Source: Eledone cirrhosa
Lineage: Eukaryota
NCBI GenBank assembly: GCA_964016885.1
Contig: OZ024742.1
Span: forward strand, 43,214,001-43,278,000
DNA: 64,000 nucleotides
Reading direction: 5' to 3'
Each line of letters opens with the position of its first letter. Within the stretch, counting starts at the first letter, position 1. Under the pieces are notes generated by a model. That model saw only the letters and a list, made by a program, of their open reading frames with translations, was not told the origin of the DNA and made no database searches. Below, one piece after another: positions 24,604-37,027 of this stretch. A program made the translations under genes and the position numbers.

Positions 24604-25478
24604 GTTATGTAATAAACAGCATAAGGTAACTATTACCAAAGGTTTCACGAAGACAGACGAGCTTGGCACATACGTCTGCCTTTAATCGTCAGAACGAAAT
24701 AAATTTTATTGAAATGGAAGTGAGGTGTGGATTTCAAAAGAGAGTCTAGGTTAAATGAAAGCGAGGCTGAAATAAAATAACGGACAAAATACAAAGGGGG
24801 GGGGGGGGTATAAATAAAATAAAATGAACAAGTGGGGAAGAAATTGTGTATAATATAATAGTTGTGGTAAAAGGTAATTGTTTATATATTGATCTTGATA
24901 AAATGTAAGTGTTCATAAAGCGATCTGGGTAGTGGAATAAGAAAGGGTTAAGAGGGGTGGACAGAATGAAGGTGGTGGGTGTGTATGTACTAAGAATAAA
25001 ACATAAAAAGGGGGAGGGTATAAATAAAAGGAAATAAATAGACAAGAGGGAGATGCTTGTATAAAATGGTAGAAGGTATGTGATATAAGCTGAAATGGGT
25101 AAAATATGGTGTTCGTAAAGTGCTGATCCGGGTAGTGAGTGGAAAAGTTAATATGTAAATAGGAGGCTCAGGGTGGTTGAGTGATCGTAGGTGTGTTAAT
25201 CCAGCTGGAAAGGAGATGTGATTTCAGGTGTGGACAACTTCTGAAGATCTGTTTTAGAATTGAGGCAATTTTCCCCCTTTGCATTTTGTCCGTTATTTTA
25301 TTTCAGCCTCACTTTCATTTATCCTAGACTCTGTTTTGAAATCCATACCTCATTTCTATTTCAATAAAATTTATTTCATTCTGACGATTGAAGGCAGACG
25401 TATGTGCCAAGCTCGTCTGGTTCGTTAAACCTTTGGTAAATGAAACAATTATCTTATGTTGTTTATTACATAACTATA
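24600..25478. mobile_element. Element with inverted terminal repeats of about 200 bp, probably a Penelope-like remnant (inverted pseudo-LTRs)
   Basis: 24600-24800 is the reverse complement of 25274-25478; both arms carry a hammerhead-like core. Confidence 0.6.
25374..25445 (+). ncRNA. Type I hammerhead ribozyme-like motif, degenerate; second copy on the minus strand at about 24630-24699
   Basis: Stem I tttcatt/aatgaaa; CTGACGA; stem II ggcagacg/cgtctg; (G/T)AAAC-C-ttt-G-GTA stem III. Confidence 0.5.
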
Positions 25479-25538
25479 AAGCTCTGTAGCCTACATAGAG
25501 CACTCTCTTTTCCTTTACCTTTCCTACGGAAATACTTC

Positions 25539-25617
<79 letters not shown>

Positions 25618-25634
25618 TATATATATATACACAC

Positions 25635-25715
<81 letters not shown>

Positions 25716-26071
25716 TACATATACTTTTTTTTCAGTGTTGTCTACCTCTGCTGGTAGGGGCTGTACCATAGATAGAACTCAATGTAATCCGATGGCAAGT
25801 AATCCAGTGAAATCCATAGAGAAGTTCTGTGTTTCGCTGAGTTAATTCCTTAGATACAGAGTCAGATATTAGGTATTAAATTAACAATGAAAATAAAAAC
25901 AACAAAGTTACTTTACCTATTCATATCATTGTTTTACGATTGTTTCGGAGGGTCGGTCATATTCACATATTGTCTGATCTATGGCAGTTATATAACTGTA
26001 TACTATCAGACCTCATAAATAGGTTTGATCATATATATATATATACATGTATATGTATATATACATGTATA

Positions 26072-29000
26072 TTTAGGCTGGGTGGTCGTCGGTCTTCCTG
26101 TCTAATTGGTTATTGTTTACTGGCTGGCATATCATCAAACAAAAAAAGAACATACCTCAAGATTATGTTACGTGAACATTTTAATTAAAGCAAATCATAA
26201 TACTGGTTAACACATCAGTGCTCCAAGGTTGGGTAGCGGTTCATTATCGTATTATGCCACGACCGCATGGTGTGATGTCGCTGCGTGAAACTGCACGGGG
26301 ACTAGCACGTTTGTTGTCTACGAGCTGCCATGGTCAGAGTGTTTTTTTCTCAGCAACTGACGTCAGAACGTGACGTCAGGACTAAGGGCAGTTAATCGAC
26401 TGGCTTCGCGGTCGACGCTAGATGGCGTGATCTTCTACATGGTCTCCCACCAGATTTTTAGAAAATTAAATAAAAATCGGTTCATCGAATCATGTATGTA
26501 GAAAAACCGATTAGCAACCATCAAAAATCCCAAACCAAGGAGCAATCAGCCCAACCGAGCATGAAGGGCACAACAAATTTCAAAAATACATATTAAAAAA
26601 GCATGCAAGAACGTGAAAGGAAAAAAAAACTAATGTAATGAGATGTAATTACAATTTCCTAAAAGTTACAAAAGTCACTACAGGATTAAAGCACCGCACA
26701 ATAGCAGTTTAAAAATATACCGTGCTACACAGTTTTTTGGGCCAATGAACCCTCCGACCGGAACGGGTCGTAGTCTTATATCTTGGTGATTGGGGGGGGG
26801 GCGAAGAAGCAGGTGTGTGTGCGAAAGAAAAAGACGGGGGCGTTTGTGGCTCAGGTGCGATAGCATCTGTATCCAAATTTGCTCGTTTGAGTCTATCAAT
26901 CGAAACCGTCTCTCTGGAACCCTTAATATCTACAGTGAAATGTTTCTCTGAACGAGCTAATACAGCGTGAGAGGTGGTTTCACAGCATCGTTTCTCACAA
27001 ACACATGGGTCCACGAGGCAATATCCCTCGGGACTGCAAATTGTACAGTTTGCTTCCTCGTATCCATCGTCGGCAGGTCCTGAAAATAAAAGAAGGCAGA
27101 CGGGGTACGTAGGAAAGCGGATCTTGTTCAGCAAAATCGACAGGGGCAAGCATTTGCCCAGGTAACGCTAGAGGAGCACCATATAACAATTCGGCCGGGG
27201 AGAACCCAAGGTCCTCCTTTATTGTTGACCGAATCCCCAACAACACAATAGGGAGGTACTCGCTCCAGCGCGTAGAGTCAGAAGAAGTCCGTAGAGCGGT
27301 TTTCAGTTGTCGGTGGAAGCGCTCTACCATTCCATTAGAGGCAGGATGATATGCTGTAGTTCGGAAGCGTTTAGCGCCGATGATCTTCGTCAATTCTTGG
27401 AAGAGGTTCGATTCAAACTGTCTTCCACGGTCCGTTGTAATCGTAGTTGGTACTCCATATCGAGCGATCCATCCAGACACAAGGGCACGCGCTGTGGTCT
27501 CAGCAGTGATATCCCTCAAGGGGATGGCTTCAAGCCATCGCGAAAAACGATCGATTACAGTCAATAAGTAATTGTAACCACTGCTGATGGGCCAAGGTCC
27601 CACGATGTCCACATGAATGTGGCGAAACCGGGCGTCCGGGTTACTAAAGGTACCAAGAGGAGTCTTAATATGTCTATGAACTTTCGATTTCTGGCAAGCA
27701 ACACAGGAACGGCACCAGACAGTAATTTCACGTCTCATATTTGGCCAGAAGAATCTAGCCGTTATGAGTTTTACTGTGGCAGAAGATCCAGGATGTGAAA
27801 TGCCTTGCAAAACAAGAAACACAGTTCGACGATGATTCAACGGAACAAAAGGGCGTGGCGTATCCAAAGAGACGTCGCAGAGGATCCGTCCGTCTGCGGT
27901 TGGTAAAGGTAGGTATTTCATCCTGCAATTCACAAATTCAGGTGATGTAGCATCCAACGATTCGAGGGGAGGCTGATCGGCTGCCAAGCGATTCAAATCT
28001 ATGTCATCGGACGACGAGATTGAAGTAATCGGTAAACGAAACAGGGCGTCGGCCGCTGTATTCATATAACCCGGAATATGTTGAATGTCATTCGTAAACT
28101 GAAAGATGAGATCAAGATGTCTAGTTTCTCTAGGTGAGTATTTGTCTGCCTTAGCTTGCAAGGCGAATGTCAACGGCTTGTGGTCCGTGAAGATAGCAAA
28201 CGTTCTTCCCTCAAGCATGTGCGAAAAATGTTTCACCGATAAATATATTGCTAGCAACTCCCGTCCAAAGGTGCTGTAGCGGGTTTCGGCAGGTTTCAGC
28301 TTCCTGGAGAAAAATTCCAATGGTTGCTGTTGATCGTTTCTACTTTGCTGCAAAACCGCGCCCACGGCAGTATCCGACGCATCAACACAAAGCGAAAGCT
28401 TAGCGTTGGACACTGGGTGAGCCAGCAAAGATGCATTGGCTAGAACAATTTTCGCGCTCTCAAAATCCTGGAGCTGAGTTTCATTCAAAGAAATGTCTTT
28501 ATTTTTCTTTCGACAATTTTTCAAAATTTCCGTCAAGGAGAAAAGTAGCTTAGCACAATTAGGAACAAACCGCCTATAAAAATTAATCAGCCCCAAGAAT
28601 TGGCGCAACTGACGAAGTGAGGTTGGTGGAGGCAAATCCTCTATAGCTTTAACTCTCTCAAGAGTAGGTCGAATACCGTCAGAGTCAATGACGTGACCCA
28701 AAAAATTCAAAGATTCAGAACCAAAAACACATTTTGACGGATTTATCCGAACATTGTAATTCTTTAAACGACAAAATAGAAGGTCCAGATGGCGCAAATG
28801 CTGCTCTGGAGAAGAGCTCGCAACAAGAAGGTCGTCAATGTAGGTGTATACAAAGTCGAGGCCGCGAGTGACCTCATCCATAAAACGCTGGAAGGTGCTA
28901 GCAGCATTCCGTAACCCGAAAGGCATGGTGAGAAATTCGAAAGATGAGGTCACCACTTTAGGCGGGGTGGTCGTCGGTCATCCCGTCTAATTGGTTATTG

Positions 29001-29310
29001 TTTACTGGCTGGCATATCATTAAACAAAAAAGAACATACCTCAAGATTATGTTACGTGAACACTTTAATTAAAGCAAATCATAATACTGGTTAACACATC
29101 AGTGCTCCAAGGTTGGGTAGTGGTTCATTATCGTATTATGCCACGACCGCATGGTGTGATGTCGCTGCGTGGACCTGCACGGGGACTAGCACGTCTGTTG
29201 TCTACGAGCTGCCATGGTCAGACTGTTGTGGTGTCAGCAACTGACGTCAGAACTAAGGGCAGTTAATCGACTGGCTTCACAGTCGACGCTAGATGGCGTG
29301 ATCTTCTACA
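26072..29310 (-). mobile_element. Gypsy/Ty3 LTR retrotransposon with internal deletion; LTRs 28957-29310 and 26072-26439
   Basis: Direct repeats of about 360 bp; TATA on both flanks; truncated PBS TGGTGACC; PPT-like ctggtgggaga; pol domain order RT-RH-IN. Confidence 0.93.
26709..28956 (-). pseudogene. Gypsy pol remnant (RT C-terminal half, RNase H, integrase), frameshifted near 27110
   Basis: [53 protein letters not shown]. Confidence 0.92.
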
Positions 29311-29321
29311 TATATATATAT

Positions 29322-29750
29322 ATGGCTTAGTGGTTAGAGCATTTGGCTTGCAATCGAAAGGTTGTGAGTTCAATTCTCGGACCGGGTGATGCGTTATTTC
29401 CTTGAGCAAGACACTTTATTTCACGTTGCTCCAGTTTGATCAGCTGTAGAAATGAGATGATAAGGACTGGGGTCCCTATCATTCCACTGCAAAGGGGTCG
29501 TGGAGGTGCCATGGCAAAAAAGCACCCAGCCCACACTGTAAAGTGAACGTGTAGGCGGGACGGAAAAAAAGCACCCAGCACTCACTGTAAATGAGGTTGG
29601 TGTTAGGAAGGGCATCCAGCTGTAGAAATCAAGCCAGAATCAGTTCCCGTATGAGCAAAACAAGGTCAGCCGACTGGACACTGCCCACAACAGGACAACC
29701 CCTCTAACCCATGCTAGCGTGAAAGAACGGACGTAAAACGGTGATGATGA
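29322..29750 (+). mobile_element. Chimeric SINE: tRNA/CORE-like head plus RTE-derived 3' module and GAT tail
   Basis: A-box tggcttagtggttag and B-box gagttcaattc; ccttgagcaagacact; ggttggtgttaggaagggcatccagctgtagaaa; ggacgtaaaa..(gat)n. Confidence 0.8.
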
Positions 29751-30205
29751 TATATACATATATTATCATCATCATTTTACGTCTGCTTTTCCCTGCTTGC
29801 ACACATATATATATATATACATACATATATATATACATATACATACATATATATAAAATTATAAGTTTGAAGAGCAGTCAGACAAAATATATCCAATTTT
29901 TCTTCTCCTTAGTCTGTAGAAATTAACTAGATAAATAATCATTTAAATGGAGCTAAGTTTAAAATGTAACTTCAAAGAAATAACAGATAAATGTCACAGA
30001 CTTGTGAGGAACAGTCAGATAAAATTTACCTAGTCTTTCTTGTTAGCCCGTAGAAATTAATTAGACAATCAATCAAACAGAGCTAAGTCTAAAATGCAAG
30101 TTTGAAGAAAATATGTATATAAAATTTACGGGTGTCATGTCGGAGAGACATGCGCCATATCCACTGTAGAATATGCTCCAAGATTCCAATGAATAGATCC
30201 GAGCA

Positions 30206-30899
30206 TTTATATCAACTAGAAATTGATTGACGTATATATATATATATATAAAATAAACACATGAAACAATCACAAGGAATAATTTGTAAAAGTGTGTAAG
30301 CACACATAGCTATGTAGGTAACTAATTAAAGTTTAACTAGAACTTTAAAAATAGATACCTTATAAATGGATTAATCTTCCTTGTATATATTTCATTAAAG
30401 AAATATATTTCACCATCAATCGTTCGGTAAAACACAGTAGCCAAATTCAGGATTTTCAACAAGGGAGAAGATCTAACTATCTGTGTTTACACAGCAAATT
30501 AAAATCTGCGAATGACTGTTGCATTTTAAAAAAATACACACATCGTACCAGCTTCATCCCAGTGGCGTGGATAGGGTTATCGATATATACATGGCCCCTT
30601 AATTGTAGAGCTAACTCAGTTGAAAGGACTCGGCTGCTATTTCTAGTTGTCGATAACCCTATTCACGCCACTGGGTTTACCGATCGATTAATGGTGAAAT
30701 ATATTTCTTTAATGAAATATATACAAGGAAGATTAATCAATTGATAAGGTATCTATTTTTGAAGTTCTAGTTAAACTTTAATTAGTTACCTACATAGCTA
30801 TGTGTGCTTACACACTTTTACAAATTATTCCCTGTGATTGTTTCATGTTTATTTTAGATATATATATATATATGTGCATCAATTTCTAGTTGATATAAA
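30206..30899. repeat. Long inverted repeat (arms of about 235 bp) enclosing a small CAGTGGCG-TIR (hAT-like) MITE at 30558-30676
   Basis: 30206-30441 is the reverse complement of 30667-30899; inner TIR cccagtggcgtggatagggttatcga. Confidence 0.85.
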
Positions 30900-32469
30900 C
30901 TTTACCAAAGTTCTTCTAGTCCCGGCTATCGATAGTTTCGCTCGTACTTTGTGGATAAGTCCAATCCTGGTATTATCCATGAGGCTTCAAGCTTCTCAAG
31001 AGACTCCCATAGTAGGACTATGCAGCCTTCCGGAGAAGAATACGGGTGCAGCACTGCCCCTCCAACGGTCGAGGAGGTACGTGGTATCCTGACACATCTC
31101 CGGAACAACAAGGCGCCGGGCGAGGATGGCATTCCAGCTGAGGTCTACAAGGCCGAGCCTGATGTCTTCGCAGCTTGGCTCCATCGAGTCTTCTCCTCGG
31201 TGTGGGCAACGGAGCCTACTCTTCTTCAAAAAGGGCGACAGGAAACTGTGTTCCAACTACAGGGGTATCAGTTTAATTGACGTTGCTGCCAAGACCTTCG
31301 CAATTCTTCTGCTAGAGGTTCCAGGCCATCTGTGGTGTCCGTACCCGTCCGGGGAGGGGGTGCGTTGATCAAATCTTTATTCTCCAGCATGTCCTGGATC
31401 AACGGTGGGCACATCAACAGCCTACCATCCTCTGCTTCATCGACTTTGCAGCTGCCTTCGACTCGGTAGATCGGGAAGCCCTATGGCGTATAATGCAAGC
31501 GGGCGGCATCCCAGTGAAGCTGCTTTGTCTCATACAAGGCTACTAACGGTCGACTCGGGCTCGAGTGAGGGTCTATGGTGGGGAGGCGGAGTCGTTCGAT
31601 GTTCGCTATCGCCAACTCTCTTTAACTACGCCATTGACTACACTCTTAACACAGCGGATTACCCGGGCGTAGAGGTCGAGAGAGGGGTTGTGGTGACAGA
31701 CCTGGCCTACGTGGATGACATCATGCCGATGGGCGCTAACGGGACAGATGTACAAAGTGCTCTCGAAAGGGTGCACACTGCAGCCGCCACTGTTGGTCTA
31801 CGAATCAATGCCGCCAAGTCGAAGGTCATGAGGTCACTGGTCTCGCCTGATGCCTGGCAGCCAATATCTCTCGAGGGCGTGGACCTGGAGTCCTTTGTTT
31901 ACCTGGGCTCAACAGTGATTCTAACGGGACAGGGCGCAGCCGAGGTCAAGCGTCGCATAGGTCCTGCCAGATCCGCTTTTGGCCGCCTACAGCGGTGTCT
32001 GTGGGACAGAAGAGAGATCCCCTTGGCGAATCTACCAGGCCGTGAAACATGGCCTATGAGGATAGTCGATCAATGGGGGCTGGAGGTCTTCGACAATGAC
32101 TGTCTCCGCGTTGATCGAGTACCTACCTCCAGTCTTCGTCTTTGACCCCTTCCTTCAGTGCTTCTGCAATGGCACTTGAGATAGTTTGGTCACGCGCCCC
32201 GCCGCCCTAAGGGTGAGCTGATCCGCGATGTTCTCCTCCCACCTCCACTCCCTAACTGGCACAAGCGCGTTGGCAACGACGATCAAGTAGGACCTCCCTG
32301 AACTCTCAGGTGGTCGGCCTGCGCCGATGGAACCGTGACTGGCTCACTATCTCCAGTGACCTAGCCAGGGCCGTCGTGTGTGGGCTACCATGGTTTGGGG
32401 ATGCCGTCAGGACAAGGGAAGAAGCCGGCTCAACCCGTCCAGGGTGAATGTCGACACAAGTACAAGTAC
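30900..32469 (+). mobile_element. GC-rich RTE-clade LINE (second family) with (CAAGTA)n tail
   Basis: PPTVEEV..LRNNKAPGEDGIPAE, KKGD...NYRGISL, FIDFAAAFDSVDR, LAYVDD, FVYLGS; tail acaagtacaagtac. Confidence 0.88.
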
Positions 32470-33879
32470 TATATATATATAAATGTAATCTGAGTTTTTT
32501 GTATATTGATAATTGTTTCTACTTTTGGCACAAGGCCATCAATTACCCAGTGCATTACTGGTACTTTATTTTATCGACCCCGTAAGGATGAAATAATATT
32601 CAATTTGTTTGCAATTATGCAAACAGCTTCTTTAAAGCCATGTTAGTATGAGGATTGTCTTACCTGTTACATTATATTCAGCCATGTCGAGCAATAAACT
32701 GTTTGTTACACACATATATATATATACATATGTACATCGTCACCATCGCCATTGTTTAACGTCCATCTTCCATGCTAGCATGGGTTGGACGGTTTTGTCC
32801 CACTTGAGGTGAGTTGGTTGGGAGACCGTGTCTCGCTCGTACAGAGCTGTCTCTGGTAGGTTTTCTACAGCTGGATGCCCTTCCTAACACCAACCACATT
32901 GTCAGTGTGGACTGGGATCCTTCTTACCGTGTCTCCTACACGACCACTTTACTGTGTGGAGTGGGTGCTTTTTGTTGTGTCACCTACACAACCACTTTAC
33001 ATATATATATACATACACATATAGATATATATATACATATATACACATATAGATAAGTACATATCTATATACATACAAGTATAGCTCTTTTTACAAAACT
33101 GTTTTTTTTTTCCATTTCAGGTAGACGCGCTCCATCATCCACTTTTCTAAAAAATAAATCATACACAAAACGCCAGCACCAACAGTTTTGCAAGAGATGT
33201 CAACATGAATGGACCTGTTATTTTTATCTAAAGACAATTTTTCCAATTCCAACCTGCCCGTCGCCTAAATTTATCTTATTTCTCATTCTTTAAGGACTAG
33301 CGTCCGAAACGTTAAGACCCTCTTCCTGCTATATCAAGTGTTAACCTTATATATCCCTTCCATATACTGTACCAATTGTGTTGTTATTTCTGTTTACCTT
33401 TTACATATATATATAGATATACACACATATATATAAATATACATATATATAGATATACACATGCATATATATATATACATCAGGGATGAAGGGTCCGTGC
33501 ATGCATTATAGAATCTTGAGTTGATCAATTGTGTCGGTTGAAGCAAGCAGAATTTTGGCTGCTTACTAAACCGTAGACACATAAAAAGATAACACACATA
33601 CTAGATAACACTACATGCGGCTTTGACCGGAAGGGTCATTTAGAGGGAATGGGGGGGGGGGGGGTAAGGGTGCACAGCCCCACTTTCCGCCATGGCAATT
33701 GGACTGCATGCCCTACTTTTCAGGTTACCCTTCACCACTGATATACATATAGAGATATACACATATATATATATATAAATATATATCCATATCTATATAC
33801 ATGTCTCTCACTCTCTCTCTCTATATATATATAAAGACAGGAAGAAAGAGAGAGAAAAGATATATATATATATATATAT

Positions 33880-34212
33880 ATCATCATCATTTTACGTCCA
33901 CTTTTTCCCTGCTTGCAAGGGTGGGACGGGAACTGATTCTGGCTTGATTTCTACAGCTGGATGCCCTTCCTAACACCAACCTCATTTACAGTGAGTGCTG
34001 GGTGCTTTTTTGCCGTGGCACCTCCATGACCACTTTGCAGTGGAATGATATGGACCCCAGTCCCTATCATCTCATTTCTACAGCTGAGTAAACTGGAGCA
34101 ATGTGAAATAAAGTGTCTTGCTCAAGGAAACAACACATCACCCGGTCTGAGAGTTGAACTCACAACCTTTCGATTGCAAGGCCAATGCTCTAACCACTAA
34201 GCCATGTGCCTC
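33880..34212 (-). mobile_element. Chimeric CORE-like/RTE-tail SINE
   Basis: Reverse complement of the 29322, 37285 and 63231 family. Confidence 0.8.
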
Positions 34213-34233
34213 CATATATATATATAGGAAAAG

Positions 34234-34329
34234 TGTCAGGACCCCAACGGCTGAGCTCCGGCCATTTCAACAGCTAGAGTTTGGATCTAGCTGTTGTAAC
34301 GGCCGGAGCTCAGCCGTCGGGGTCCTGAC
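34234..34329. repeat. GC-rich hairpin of about 96 nt inside a dispersed repeat (34225-34410)
   Basis: gtcaggaccccaacggctgagctccggcc...ggccggagctcagccgtcggggtcctgac. Confidence 0.85.
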
Positions 34330-34660
34330 TCTTTGCCTATTACCCACTCTACTACCCTAAGTATCGAGTACTCTGGTGCATTATGGTCCACCTACCACAC
34401 TTTCTTTGTTTTATATATATATATATATATATATAAAGAAGACACATAGAAATAGAGTGATACAGAGAAAGAGATGAGACATAGTATTAGATTGAGAGAT
34501 TTTCAGAAAAAGGATTCATTGGGCAGTGAATTAGATGTCAGATCAGTCGACAACAAACAAAAACACCTAAAAAAGTATGCTACATCCACACACACACATA
34601 GTTACAAGAGTTATGAAAAAATGAGCTTTCAATATGTAATGGTAAAGGTAATTTGGTATA

Positions 34661-34855
34661 AGGGCAGTGGATTGGCAGTATCGGGAGAGCGTTGGACGCC
34701 ATGCTTAGCAGCAAAGAGTTACGACGCTTTACGGTCTGAGTTCAAATCCCACCGAGGTTAACTTTGCCATTCATCCTTACAGGGGTTGATAAAATAAAGT
34801 ACCAGTAATGCACTGGTATAATTCCTGGCCTTGTGCCAAAAGTAGAAACAATTAT
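34661..34855 (+). mobile_element. Full-length Deu/Nin-like tRNA-derived SINE
   Basis: gggcagtggattggcag head, gagttcaaatcc B-box, gccattcatccttacaggggttgataaaataaagtaccag. Confidence 0.8.
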
Positions 34856-35062
34856 TATAGAGAAATGTCCTTGATTTCAATGGGAAATCAACTGATTTGA
34901 ATTCTGAACATGCCACAAAGTACCCCCCCCCCCCTCCAACCAGAAAATGGAGGAGGGAAAGGGGGCCGCTAATACTTTTTCCCCATGCCTGGAGTTTTCT
35001 TTACCATTTTTTTGTTATATTATTCACTGTTTAGTTAACTGTACCACACGACAAGTGTTGGA

Positions 35063-35094
35063 AGGGTTAGGCTTAGGGTTAGGGTTAGGGTTAG
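35063..35094 (+). repeat. Short interstitial (TTAGGG)n tract
   Basis: agggttaggcttagggttagggttagggttag. Confidence 0.8.
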
Positions 35095-36034
35095 TGTGTT
35101 TGTAGGTCAGACTCATAGATTACATGCAAAAAAAAAACTATTAAAAAATTCCCACCAAACTCCTACGGTTTTTCCTCCCTCCCTGGCTGCAAAGCCAGAT
35201 GTTTTTAATAATATGAAAAATATTATTTTGAAAATAATCAAGAATTTGAAGGGATGAAGTAATATAATTAACTTTCCTACGATTAATTTGATGTGTGAAG
35301 CATAATGTAACAAAGATTCTTACACAACAAATACTTGTACTAGTGAGCTAGAAACATGGGAAATTTACAGACATTGAAGGGTTATATGCTACAATGAAAG
35401 TGGGGACATGAAAAGAGCAGCAATGACAGTAACAACAATAGGTTTTTGTATTTTTTTAATAAGTTCCTTTTTGATAAAAAAAAAAAGAAAAGAAAAGAAA
35501 AAAGAATTTTAATCCATTTATCTCATATTTTCAAACCCACCCAACCCTTACTTCGTTTCTGAGGAGTACAAATCTGGTTAAAATGCAGTGATTTAATGTA
35601 AGTCTTCTTTTCAGTGTTTTCCGCTTTGGGTTATATTTACAAACATATCTATATCTATATATATACATGTGTATATATATATATATATATAAATGTATAT
35701 ATATATATGTATATACATATATACAAGCTCACGGTGGAGATGACAAAGGACTGTGACAAGTGGAGAGATGCCATGCTGAATAGGATCCGTCCCACGCTTG
35801 CAAGCAGGGAAAAGCGGACGTAAAATGATGATGATATATATGTATCATCATCATCATCATCATCAGGTTTAGCGTCCGTGTTCCACGCTTGCATGGGTTT
35901 GGACGGGGGTTTTCCCACTTGAGGCAAGAGTGGTTGTCTTGCTCGCATAGGACTGTCTGGCGGGTTTTCTACAGTTGGATGCCCTTCCTAACACCAACCA
36001 CATTTACAGTGTGGGGCTGGGAGGTTTTTACCGT

Positions 36035-36108
<74 letters not shown>

Positions 36109-36259
36109 ATATATATATGTATATAAGTAGAAGTTGTATTTAATTTGTTGGAAGTCCAACAAACATAAATGTTTATAACTGATTTAGAGCACTTAACAGT
36201 AACTGGAGTAAAAATTCAATGATATTAAATAAATATAGTTTACATTTATTTAATATCAT

Positions 36260-36970
36260 TGTATATATATATGTATATGCATGTATATATATATATATGC
36301 ATGTATATATATATATGTGCATGTATATATATATACATACATATATATATATATATGTATATCATCATCATCTTTGTTTAATGTCCATCTTCCATGCTAG
36401 CATGGGTTAGACGGGAGTTGTCCCACTGAGGCAAGGTTGGTGGGGTGACTGTCTCGCTCATATAGGCCAAATACACATATATATATACATACATACATAT
36501 ATATATATATATACATATATACATACATACATATATATATACATACATATATATATATACATACATATATATATATATATACATATATACATACATACAT
36601 ATATATATACATACATATATATATACATACATATATATATATATACATACATACATACATATATATATATACATATATATACACATATATACATGTATAA
36701 ATCATCATCATCACCATTTTACGTCCGCTTTTCCCTGCTTGCTTGGGTGGGACGGGAACTGATTCTGGCTTATATATGTATATGTGTATATTTATATATA
36801 TATATATATATATGTATATTTATATATGTATATATGTGTATATTTATATATATATATATGTATATTTATATATATATATATGTATATTTATATATGTATA
36901 TATATATGTATATTTATATATATATATATGTATATTTATATATATATATGTATACATATATGTATATTTT

Positions 36971-37027
<57 letters not shown>

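Noticed and set aside
29869-30110. Diverged direct duplication of about 140 bp
   Set aside because: Two copies only, with no TSD, coding or structural signal; an ordinary local duplication
34661-34760. tRNA gene
   Set aside because: A/B boxes belong to SINE heads, with no cloverleaf evident; the same applies at 29322
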